This document shows positions 53,201 through 64,000 of a DNA stretch of 64,000 bases, piece by piece. Source of the stretch: Laetmonice hystrix (lineage: Eukaryota); contig OZ249436.1 in the NCBI GenBank assembly GCA_965235115.1, positions 39,806,001 through 39,870,000 on the forward strand. The letters run 5' to 3'. Position 1 is the first letter of the stretch. Each line of letters begins with the position of its first letter. Under the pieces are notes generated by a model. It made no database searches and was not told the DNA's origin. It worked only from the letters and a program-made list of their open reading frames with translations. The position numbers and the translations under genes are program-made.

Positions 53201-56200
53201 GCCCATTCTTTAGACCTCACATTATAGATCATAGTAGGCCCCTATTATCTGTCGACACTGTCAGTTTCAATTTGTAAAACTGATGTTAATTTCAGCAAAG
53301 CTTGGGTTGCTTGGACTGAGCAACACATTAGCGATTGAAGGACAGAAATACAATATCCACTGTAACTGTATAGCCCCTACTGCTGGGTCTCGACTTACAC
53401 AGACTGTGATGCCAGAAGGTGAAAACAACCTTTTGTTATTAAAAATTGTGTTGAAGCTTGATTGTAGGATGAGATTTTATAGTGTTTTTTTTTCTTATAT
53501 CAGCTTGATGTGGGAAGGCTTTACCCAAACAGGTCATTGAACTAGTTAGCTCCTGGCTGTACTTAATTTACAGATTCAGTGATATACACTTACCTGAGCC
53601 AGCATGGGAGCCTATCAAAATGAAGAAGTATCTGGTGACAGTTCAGTACTTATAACCTATCGTTTTCAGACATGGTAAAAGCCCTGAAGCCAGAGTATGT
53701 TGCTCCATTAGTTGGTTATTTGTGCCATGAATCGTGTGACTCCAATGGTGGCTTGTTTGAGTGTGGTGCAGGATGGATGGCCAAACGTAAGTAGAGTTGT
53801 ACACTTCAGGGAGAGGAAGGAATTAAAGGTAAAGCAGAATTGAGAAGAGAGAGAAAAGGAAACGAGTGGATGATAATACTTCAAAAAGACCTGGCTTCAG
53901 CGTCAGAACTAAGGGTACAGTACATGTACATGTGTACTATATTTACCGTAACTGTCTGAAATTAAGGGTGGTAAAATTCTTAACTGGATTTACAGTATAA
54001 GAAAAACATGTTTCTGAACATTATTAGTAGATTGGGACTGTAGTCCTGTCAGTGTTACATGTAGAATATGTATGAATTATTTGTGTGTGTAGTGAGGTGG
54101 CAGAAGGCAAAGGGAACAGTTGTGAGGCAGATAGGGCAGAAGATGACACCAGAACAAGGTAATCTCCAAGATATTTCACTAAACGCCATAGTGTACAGTG
54201 CTTCTAAGTACGTCTTGTATTTTGTTCAAAGTCAAACATGGGGTATAATGTGATTGGTGGGTGTACTGTTTGAGAACTTGTCATTGTTGAGTTGATTTTT
54301 CTAGTGAGAGACAACTGGGAAAAGATCACAGACTTCACGGAGCATAATTTTCCTACTAGTATTGGAGGTAAGGTTATGATTCCAGTAGTGTAGGAAGGAA
54401 AAAATATTGGGGGGGGGGGGGGGGGGCAGAAGTGACATCAGAATGACTTACGCCTATGCTTTTGCATTGAGCCATGCAGTCATTTTATAAATATTGGGGG
54501 GGGGGGGGGGAGCAGCCCCCTCTGCCCCCAGCTTCCTACGCCCCTGGATTCAAGCTAACTTCTTCGGTAATACAAGTAAAGCTGAGCTCATCAAATTGAT
54601 TCTGGTCTAGAATTGAGTCAGTACACAAAATTATTGATAACAATTCATGTCATTGAAGGCATAAGTCAAGAAACATTTGTTACTTTTGGTCCTGTTATTT
54701 AAGAGTCCACGATGGGCCTGTACAGAATCCTTCAGGAAATTGACCATGAGAATGCATCAGTGGAAAAACAAGTCAGTGTCCAGGAGCAGACCTCCCCTGC
54801 TGGTGGCAGTGGCCTTGTAAGTCTGCAATAATTCCATGACAGTATGAGAATGTCTTAGAACCAAATTCTTGCAGGATCAGGAATAGGATAGATGTTCTGA
54901 GACCCTTGTAGTTAAGACAACATAATGTTGCTTCATGTTCAAACGGAGAGCATCCTGAACCAGCATAGTGAATAAATAGACATTACAATTTGCATATATT
55001 TGCAGGCTGTGAAATAAATTTTTGGGGATGTTTAACCATATACTCCTTTGGGTAAGATTTTTTTTTACATTTGTTTGTAATCCTGAATTTTTTATTATTT
55101 TAGGCAAAAGCAATCGGAGCATCCCTGCCTGAGACCAAGTTTACATTCAGTGATAAAGAAGTCATCCTATATGCTCTTGGTGGTAAGTCATAATGATAAT
55201 TATGTGGGGGTAATTAAATGTAAACGCATTAGGAATTAATTCATCTTTGAATTCAGTTCTTCTATTCTTCAATATCATTAGAAATCATCATCTTGTATGA
55301 ATGTCACTGTTTACTTGATTTTTTTAGTGATCCTGAAGCACTGACTTTTGTTACAGTGGGTATGTCAACCAGAGAGCCTGACCACCTCAAATTTTTATTT
55401 GAGTTTAGTGAAGAATTCTCTGTGCTGCCATCATTTAGCGTCATCCCTGCCATGCAGGCTATGTCCAGTCTGGGCGATGTCCCGGGTATCAGTATCGACC
55501 CAACCAAGGTATGAGTCTGGCATCAACATATAGGTCATCAGTAAAGTATGCCAGAACATGGTATCTTCACTCTGAGCCACTTTGTTTCTGAAATTTAATG
55601 GTATGGATAAAATAATCAACCTTATGCATCATGACATAATATATTTTATGTCAAAATTATGATATTTCATGATTTACTTGACAGATCCTGCATGGCGAGC
55701 AGTATCTAGAGCTGTACAAGCCACTGCCTACAAGTGGAACCTTTACTTCACGTGGTGTTATCGCTGATGTCCTTGACAAGGGCAGGGGAGCCATCATTAT
55801 CATGAACAGTATGTAGATAAATATCTACAGCAGATAGCGTTTTTCTCATCATATTGTGTCCAGGTCCTGAGAAGGGTTTTTTCCAAGGAAAGGATGGGCA
55901 GATAGAAGTCTGATCAGCATAATTTCTACCTTTGTGGAGGCAAAGGAATGATAGAATTTGATATCTACGATACCAAAATATGTTGTGAGATATAATGGGA
56001 AAATAAGAAGATTTTGTGTATCTTATTTTAACGGTACTATTCAGGTATTGCCTCTGTTTTAGTTGACACCTTTGATGAGCAGGGAACTAAGGTTGCTTTC
56101 AACCAGAGTGCAATCTTTGTGCAAAAGGCGGGAGGCTTTGGTGGCAAACGGTCTTCACCTAAAGCCATAGCACCGGTCGAGCCACCAGCACGTCGACCAG

Positions 56201-58040
56201 ATGCTTCCATTAAAGAGGTTACCTCCATTGACCAGGTACCATATTTAAGAAAGTACATTTTTTATAAAAAAAATATTTGTTAGATTGTTAAAAAAACCTA
56301 CTTCACTCAGCATTTCAAAGCGTTTTTGGAGGGAGTGTACAATGAATTTTCTTATTACTGCAGGCTGCCTTGTATAGGTTAAGTGGAGATAGAAACCCAC
56401 TACACATTGACCCATCATTTGCAGCCATGGGAGGTAGGTTTTTCAACCCTTAAAATAAAGTGTCCCCATAACATGTGTCTGCAATTTATTGATGCAGACC
56501 TCCATTAAAATTTGAATCTTATGGTTTAGTCATCAAATTTTAACAATGGAAATTGTTATCCTATGAAAGGAAAAGCACCTGCACAAAACTATATGCACTA
56601 TAATGTACTAAACTTTTGGTACCGTAGACAAAAGTAAATGCCAATCACATGCAGTTCTGACAGCTGTGACATGTTGTTGTGAGCTTACATGGTGACAGGT
56701 GTTGCCGATTTCTTCTCAGGATTCTCAGAACCCATCCTACATGGATTAGCTTCATTTGGCTATGCAACCAGGCACGTTCTGAAACAGTACTGTGACAATG
56801 ACGTCTCCAAATTCAAGGCCATTAAAGTGCGGTTCTCCAAGCCAGTGTTGCCAGGCCAAACCATTCAGACTGACATGTGGAAGGAAGGCAGCCGTGTCCA
56901 CATCCAGTGCAAGGTCAGGGGGTGATCAACGTTTTCCTTAACTTCACATTGGCAAGGCATTTGTCTAGTCATGAACAGGTCACAGCAGGGTTGGGATTTA
57001 GGGCTGACCAGGTGTCGCATGTAATTCAATGCTCATTAATACCTCCAATTACAACGTACATTGGCTTTGTCAAGTATGGCGTCGTTAGTACCGGGGTATA
57101 TTGGAACATTACATTGTGTACTTGTTTGGTTTAAAACTTGTAAGGAAGAAATGGTTCCCATGTTATTTATTGAGGTAAAGCAGTTGGCAGAGTGGCTTGA
57201 CTTTTACAGATTCCACATTATAATTTACAACCATCTTTTATTAAAAGGTTGCCGAGACGGGCAACATTTGCCTAACAGGAGCATATGTCGACCTTATTGG
57301 AGGACACAGCCCGTCGTCAGGAACCACTGCCACCCCAGGGTCAAACCTTGCCTCTGATACAATCTTTTCTGAGATCACCACTCGGGTTGCTGGCAATCCG
57401 GGCCTGGCCCAAAAGGTCAAGGCTATCTTCCTTTTCAACATCACTAAAGATGGCAAGCAGGCCACACAGTGGAGTAAGTATAGACAACTTTTAGGTATAC
57501 ATTTCATTGATGCAGAAAAAAATTGTAAAAAATACTTTCATATGTATTATTGTACATTGTGTCAGAATGTGAGCTGAAAAAATAACCTGTGCTGGTAAAT
57601 TGCAGCTGTCGATCTAAAGAATGGTGGGGATGCGGTGTACAATGGCACACCCCGAAACGGGAAAGCTGACTGTACAATCACCATTGCTGATGAAAACTTT
57701 GTAGCTCTGGCGACAGGAAAGCTAAATGGACAGCAGGTAATCATGAAATGTTATAGTATTACAATCTACCAGACAATTCACAGGAACTGGCCAATCGCAA
57801 TGTTTTAATGGAAAACTAAGCACTTATGACCGACTGAAATATTTACTCTTAACATTAAACTTGAATTTTTGGAGTCATTTAAAAAAAAAAAGAGACCAAA
57901 TACAATCTTGTATTAGAATTTGATGTTTATAATTATGTTCGTTTCGCCAGGCTTTCATGACGGGCAAGCTGAAGATTGGAGGCAACATCATGCTGAGTCA
58001 AAAGCTGGGGCAACTGTTCACAGAGCAGTCAAAACTCTGA
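50250..58040 (+). CDS. HSD17B4: Peroxisomal multifunctional enzyme type 2 (D-bifunctional protein: SDR dehydrogenase + hydratase 2 + SCP2), ~739 aa, 21 exons
   Basis: Exons 50250-50307, 50905-50958, 51059-51166, 51329-51388, 51532-51600, 52072-52156, 53059-53123, 53296-53418, 53670-53786, 54093-54158, 54305-54367, 54704-54816, 55104-55182, 55357-55508, 55685-55808, 56063-56235, 56364-56433, 56720-56913, 57248-57473, 57606-57736, 57951-58040 splice in frame (2220 nt). TGAGGGLG Rossmann motif, NNAGILRD, catalytic YSAAK, hydratase-2 motif [17 protein letters not shown]2 domain, C-terminal PTS1 SKL. Confidence 0.97.
51634..51784. mobile_element. Palindromic Harbinger-like MITE with CTG target duplication (HSD17B4 intron 5)
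   Basis: CTG|GGGCCGGTTTTACTA ... TAGTAAAACAGGCCC|CTG; the arms pair almost to the centre (ggttgctaggtca / tgacctagcaacc). Confidence 0.85.
52230..53002. mobile_element. Non-autonomous DNA transposon (hAT-like CAG termini) hosting a nested element
   Basis: TIRs CAGAGTATGTGAA / TTCACATACTCTG; TCACTG repeated on both flanks. Confidence 0.75.
52570..52904. mobile_element. Mutator-like MITE with perfect 9-bp target duplication, nested in the 52230-53002 element
   Basis: GTGCGGGAC|GCGAAAT(n)CCCACATTAGTTC ... GAACTAATGTGGGA(n)TTTCGC|GTGCGGGAC, with a central GGGTTAGGG-like tract. Confidence 0.88.
54383..54546. mobile_element. Short MITE with poly-G tracts in an HSD17B4 intron
   Basis: CAGTAGTGTAGGAAG ... 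CTTCCTACGCCCCTG; GATTC on both flanks. Confidence 0.7.
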
Positions 58041-59339
58041 AAAAGCACACTTTTGGCCTGCTGTTATTAGTTTGACAAACCAAACTAATGAATCTGAATA
58101 GAATTTATGTGGAATTTAGAATTTACTTGAATATCGACAAAAGTAAAGGACAAAGTTAATTGTGGGGATGGGAAGGCAATATATTTTTGTGACAGTGAAT
58201 GTTATAATGAATGATAGGTGATTGTAAAAAGAGGTACGGTACATACATTCCATTTTGCATCAAGAAAGTTTTACGTCACAGTTTCATGCATCTCGAGTTG
58301 TCAAGGGGCATTGTGCATCCTGTATTCTACCCCTTGAGCTCAGTCCAGGCTAAACTGCTGGAAGTTGACCTTGGGGTCAACCTTATGAATATAAATAGGA
58401 CCTGGCATTGTCGTCATAGACTCGCCACCAACGATAAATGGTCCTCACAAGGCTGACTTCTCACAAAAATGCCCGATAGCCTTGCCCAGTTCGCTGATAA
58501 ACAAATGTGTCCCTCCCTAACAATACAGTTTGTAACACTCTGACTTGATACGGTTTAACATGGGAAATTCCAAAGTTTAGCTCCCCTGATTTCAGCGTTG
58601 TTGCTTCGCTTCAGTTCAGTTGGCATCCGAACACCAGCCGGCTCGGCCCAGTGTCGCCGGCGCTAGCTGTCGGTCTCAGCCTCTGCCATGCCTGTGGGTT
58701 AAGGTTAAGGGATGGGATAGGGTTATAGACTTTATAGTGTGTGTTCTTGCGGCCTTGTCAACTCAAAGTTGTCCCTCCCACTGTCACTAGTGTCAGGATT
58801 AAATGCTTACCCGTTGCTGCTATCGTTGGCTTCGCCATATTGCTTCGAAAACAATAACTGGGGACGTTCCTATGGCTAACCAGAAATGCACGCTAATTTT
58901 TATGAATCGCACCTCAGGCAGTGCTGTAATCTGATTGGTGCTTGCGGCACTGCAAGTAGGCGCTGCAATATTTTCTCCGGTGAAAAAAGGCTGGCTGTCG
59001 TAAGGGGGGGAATCGCTAGAAGCGGTTCAACCCCGAGCGCAGGAGAATGGTATGGATGAAATAATTATGAAAATTACACAATTAAGACAGCTTGAGTTAC
59101 TGGCTTTTCAAATTTGACAAGTGAACTTACATACATGTATAATAAAAATTCTTTGTAGATAGTTACTGTTATTTGGATTTTATATGTACCGGCAACATCC
59201 TGTTCATAATCTAATAAGACTAATGCAAAAAGCAAGTCGGCCACCCATTTTTCTGATCTATCAGAATTTAGAAGATCACTTGAAACCTTACTTTTCCAGT
59301 AGAAATATCCCTATTTCACCATTACAAATGACTGGTAAT

Positions 59340-59451
59340 TTGGGAGGGGGGGGGGGGGGGGTCGCGGTGGCGTAGTGGTTAGAGCGTAGGATTGCCCTGA
59401 TACTGTATTAGCTGAAATACTGCTGATTTGGGCATTAAACACGAACTACTC
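59340..59451 (+). mobile_element. Internally deleted tRNA-derived SINE
   Basis: Pol III A-box-like GGTGGCGTAGTGGTTAGAGCG (59366-59386) joined directly to a SINE-like tail (ctgaaatactgctga...ggcattaaacac...actactc); flanked by the direct repeat ACTGGTAAT (59331-39, 59452-60). Confidence 0.65.
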
Positions 59452-59465
59452 ACTGGTAATAATTA

Positions 59466-59703
59466 AATCGGTGAATTCACTAAGGGCCCACGAGCCAACA
59501 TTTTCTACACAGTTCAAGAAAGGCATAACTCCAGGAGTTGGGTCTGTCTTTATCTCACCCTGTCAAATACATTAAGAATAAACCCATATTTTCTGTGAGA
59601 AATGACCTTCTTGCGCACACACGCTAAAACTGTCACAAAGACCCCAAATCATGCAAAACATGACTTGAAAGGTGGACATGGGCCCTTATTGAATTCACCG
59701 ATT
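59466..59703. mobile_element. MITE with ~25-bp TIRs
   Basis: AATCGGTGAATTCACTAAGGGCCCA ... TGGGCCCTTATTGAATTCACCGATT. Confidence 0.8.
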
Positions 59704-60354
59704 CAGTTGAAAGGATCAATTTTGTAATATGAATTACGTTGAATCCCATGAGCAAGACATTTAACCTGTGTAATGTACATGTATGTTACTGATTGCAACT
59801 GGAGTTTCAGTTGCATCTTGGCGTGCTGATCATCGCCAGCGGTACTAATAATTCAGAAGTAATGGAGTGCTCTTCCAGGACAATGTGCATCACAATCTTA
59901 ATTCTGGTGCAGGTCCTAATATGAAATAATGCTACTTTATGTGTTAGATTATCATGTCATTATCATTACGAGTGACCAAAAATACAGTGAAAAATAGCAA
60001 CAGCCGTGTTGCTCCGAGCTCTCCCTTCTTCACCTATATATGCGCCTGGCGATTATTGGCCACTTCCACTAAACCATACCAATATCTGCAGGAAGATTTT
60101 TACTGCTGGGGCTTTTAAACCATATCACAATTTCAAAGTATATATGGAAAATTGTTTTATACCAAGTAAAGTCACAGAGGTATTCTTGTTTGCACCCATT
60201 AATTTTGAATGGGGGGGGGGGGGGGGCAGTTGGATTAAAGCACAAGAAAAAAAACTACATACTGGGTACTGACCATAAAATGTTTTATTACTTTGTACCA
60301 TGTAAATGGAATAAAAAATTGTACACAAGTGAAGTACTCGATGAATTGATGATG

Positions 60355-62935
60355 TCAGTTTTTCTTAGGCTTGGGCTGGTCATACTTGGACTTGCTGGAA
60401 TACCACAACAGGAATGGAATGCCTAGGGATGGAAGAGTCATCACGGCAAATGCTACCCAGTCCAACTGAAAGCCAAAAACAAAACATTTACTTAAACATA
60501 CACCAAAGGGGCACAAGTATATAAAAGAATATGTAAAATACAAGAGATTAACGGTAGACAGTTTCAGGAATTTACAATCTTTCATGTCGTTTCTATTATT
60601 CCAAGACAGCCATTTGTAACTTAAGGCCACAATGAATATAATATATTTCCTATATTCTACTTTTTAGCAAAATGATATTCATAAATTTAGTTGCTTTCTA
60701 ATAGCATACAAATTCCCATTTAGGTAGTAAATCATTTTTCTATATACCTGGACTTTTTTTCTGGCCATTAAATTAAGCTTAATGAGCCGGCTGGAAAACT
60801 GGCCAATCGGTATATTTTAAAATGTACTTTGGCCGGAAATTCGGCCAATCGGTTTCAAAGGGTTAAACATTTGTTCATTCCCTCATTGCATACTTACAAT
60901 ATGTGGCGAGAATTTCCTGTCATAATCTCTGAAGTTCATGATGCCACCTTCCCCGGGAGCACTGGTATAACCCATCTGAAATATGGTCCAAGGTGAAGTG
61001 TATGGTTAATATCCAACAGAAACGAATCTGACCCTTTCTCACTACACTGGGTGGTATGAGCTACTTCATACCCTGACACAATTACCACAATTACCAGGAA
61101 AAAAAATGTGGCGATCTATTGGGTATGTACGGTAATAAAAATCTACATAGCAACTTATTTGGTTACCATAATATTAATAGAGCTATAGATCTCCATCTTT
61201 TTACAAGGAGCTTGGACAGCGTCCTTTAGTCACATTTGGTAAGAAAAATTTAGGACACCATCAGAAAATCTTTCTATTCCACCATATTTTGGATTTTCAA
61301 GGGCTTTTCAAGTAAAAGAATAGAATCCTTCTTCTTGGATAGAAACATCTTCCACCCTGCTTTGGCCTATTTGTTGAAATTTGTGAGATACAGCTACACT
61401 GACCTGTGGTTGTGCTGCATCCTCCGAGGGTAGATAACTGATCTCAGCTGAGGAAAAGTTGAAGTATCCAGACCGAAGGGGGCGCATGATGACAACATGG
61501 GTAATGTTACTGCTTGGAGCAATCCTTGGCCATTTCACATTCAGGAACCCACGAACGACCTCAAAGTCAGATTCGGGGAAGCTTGCATCAGCGAGCTGGA
61601 CTTGGTATGCTGTGCTGTTGTGCCAAGAATCAAATAGTGAAAATTAGTGAATAATGTACAACTTAGGTAAGATGAGGTGAGGTGGGGGGGGGGGGGGGGA
61701 GGGGAGCTGTTAGTTTGAGTGACTATGTAGTGGTATTTAAAATAAAGTGCATTCTACACTAGTTATGTATAATAAAATAGAATAAAGGTTCTGTCTATTC
61801 ATTTATTTAGTGTAGTAATATGATTTAGGTGCTACCCAGGGGTGAGCACAGTTTTATCTATGTTAGCCTCGCTACTACAGTTTTGTTTCAGCTTTCCATA
61901 GAAGACATTGATAGGCTAATAATAGGGCCTACGTCGGGTGTCCGCTGCCCAAAGAATAGAGGAAACGTCACTTAGCTATGCCTATTGTCTTATGACGACC
62001 ATGGTAATATTGTCACGTCACTACTTTGGAATAAGCATGTGTTGATATTGTGACATCACAATGGAAATCAACAGATCGGGTTCTAAATCTACAGTCTAGC
62101 AGGCTGCGTTTTTCACAATTTTCACTTTGATCAAGCGGCCGTAAACCGGAGCGATTGGCTGTTAAGTTTCTGACAGGCGATTTCATGTGAATAGTTGGTA
62201 GAATCAAATGGAAAAGTCACTAAATGTTTGGAACCTGTTTCTAGAAGTGGCAGATAAAGAAGCGGTTTGTAGATTTCCATGTGTTTGGGAAATTTAAACT
62301 TCGACGCAGTGCAATTTAAGCCAATCAGATTACTCCAATTTTGCCGGCTCCGTAATACCAGGAAAACCTCCACGGATATCCATATCCAATCGATGCACCG
62401 TATGCAGCTCCTTGGGTATAGAGCTCGCTTTGCGACTACGCCCCCCCTGCCCCCTCCTGGCTCATTCGCCTGGCTTCTATTTTGCTGTGCACCAAGCAGC
62501 CACAACTTTAGACAGCCCTGCCTGCCAGGCAAGGTGTCGGAATTAGTGAGTGTTTCAACAGTCAGATTAGGATGTTTGGTCAGGGGGAAAAGGTGATGGA
62601 GTCGGAAGTTCAATATGTCGGATATTTCAAGCAAAATGTACTGTAATCAGTTGGTTTCATGCTAATTCGTGTCGGATCTTTAGTTTGTCGTATTGTCCAG
62701 TGTCAGATTATCCAAGTTTAGATCAAGACAAAAAACATGTTACCCATACAAAAAACATGTTCCTCATTACTTACCTTCCTCCAACATTGTATATTGAATA
62801 TTCCACAGTCAAATCCTTGCCTTCAACAAGCAATTGATTCAGAATGTTCTTAGATGCAAGAAGACGGGCATTCTCCTCCTCTGCACTTGCAATGCAAGCC
62901 ACAAACAAAAGTAACACAGCTAAAAATGACCTCAT
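60355..62935 (-). CDS. SSR2: Translocon-associated protein subunit beta (TRAP-beta), ~186 aa, 4 coding exons
   Basis: Exons 62935-62775, 61614-61404, 60975-60898, 60465-60355 (561 nt): [52 protein letters not shown]...[33 protein letters not shown]...TSAPGEGGI...[41 protein letters not shown]. The ATG directly follows an acceptor, so a non-coding first exon lies further right. Confidence 0.96.
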
Positions 62936-62987
62936 CTGAAACACAGGAAAAAAAAGTTTTTTATTTACGTGAATTTGATAAAACTTA

Positions 62988-63147
62988 AGGCCGGTTTATA
63001 GTTCTTCGGCCGACCATCGCTCGACGTCAGGTCAAAGTTCACGTAGACTTAACTCTCAGCGATTGGTCGGCCGATGGCTCTTCGCTGCAACTATAAACGT
63101 TCAGTGATGATTGGCCGATGGTTGGCCGGTGGACTATAAACCGGCCT
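62988..63147. mobile_element. Tourist/Harbinger-like MITE with TTA target duplication
   Basis: TTA|AGGCCGGTTTATAGT ... ACTATAAACCGGCCT|TTA. Confidence 0.88.
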
Positions 63148-64000
63148 TTAGCCTGATGAGAGATGGTGATGTAGGTTACCGCACTGAAATTCATCTTCAC
63201 TTGAGTTCAGCAATATTTTTTAGTGATACAGTGGCTGCCAAGGCAAAGCCCCAATTTACTCAAAACCAACTTTCCTATTTTAGATGATATCTTCCAGCTA
63301 AATAGCAGATTATTTAATTAGCACCTAATTAACAACCAATTTGAGACTAAACTAACACACTAAAGCCTGGCCTAACCTTAACCCTAAACCAAACTTAGTC
63401 ATACTCTTTTACTTATTTTGCCAGTATTCTGGCAAAATCGGCCGAGGCTATCCGCACGACCGTCGTGCGGACTGGCGACTGCGTACTGGACTAGGCTAAC
63501 CCTAGTTCAGTTTCTAAACGGTGTCTTCCAGAAGACCGTTTAGTTGTCGAGTGACGCTGGCCTAGCGACTCTCGGACGCTCTGCGAAGAGGTCCCTTATC
63601 GCAACTTTGCGGCCTTCGTTTTGGTACTAAACTTCATCCACGGAGTATGAAATCGATTTTTTTAGAGAGCCACGGTATTGAAATTTCTATTCCGACCTTG
63701 ATTATAATTATTGGACAAATATAACGTCCACACGGTCCGGTTGTTTACGAGCATGTCGGGTCCGTAGCTCCGCCAGCCATCTGCGGTGCACCGAGTGACC
63801 GGGAACTGATAAAAGTTAGATCGCTATTGGTACCCGAAACGTGTAGCTTCACTCTGTGCCGTCAGCGTCTGCTTGAACAGAGCGCGACCTACTTATGCGG
63901 TCCCTTCTGGATCCGCTGTAAAGGTCGAAAATACGCACACCCGATAAACTGGGTCACCGCTCGTCACCCGTGCTGCGCTGAATTTGACCAAACAAGCTGA

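Noticed and set aside
58038..58060. Stop-codon readthrough or cryptic targeting extension of HSD17B4
   Set aside because: SKL already sits directly before the TGA, and the context is TGA-AAA rather than the TGA-CTAG readthrough motif.
59361..59390. Possible tRNA gene
   Set aside because: Only an A-box/D-arm-like stretch is present, with no anticodon arm, T-arm or B-box; treated as a SINE head.
62131..62634. 167-aa and 105-aa ORFs in an SSR2 intron
   Set aside because: No recognisable domain and no exon structure; probably repeat-derived or chance ORFs.

Overview
Eukaryotic, intron-rich genomic DNA from a bilaterian invertebrate; the species cannot be determined from the window. No prokaryotic systems, CRISPR arrays or intact RNA genes were seen. 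Five protein-coding genes could be rebuilt by hand with GT-AG introns and continuous reading frames: a dimmed/Mist1 (BHLHA15)-type bHLH gene (-, single coding exon 7921-8676) lying in a ~37 kb gene-poor region, then a compact cluster of ABCB9/TAPL (-, 12 coding exons), MYDGF (-, 5 exons), HSD17B4 (+, 21 exons, C-terminal SKL) and SSR2/TRAP-beta (-, 4 coding exons). Non-coding DNA holds many non-autonomous DNA transposons (MITEs), a CR1-type LINE relic, a collapsed tRNA-derived SINE, a 32-bp minisatellite and microsatellites. The most notable observations are: (1) MYDGF and HSD17B4 start codons only 89 nt apart, separated by a stacked array of DR1 nuclear-receptor half-sites; (2) CTCF-like motifs whose orientations bracket the dimmed and ABCB9 loci convergently; (3) strongly over-represented, often chained TA-NN-NN-TA palindromes that look like transposon excision scars; (4) a candidate distal promoter and first exon of dimmed ~12 kb upstream of its coding exon. 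All regulatory calls are motif-level inferences made by eye.
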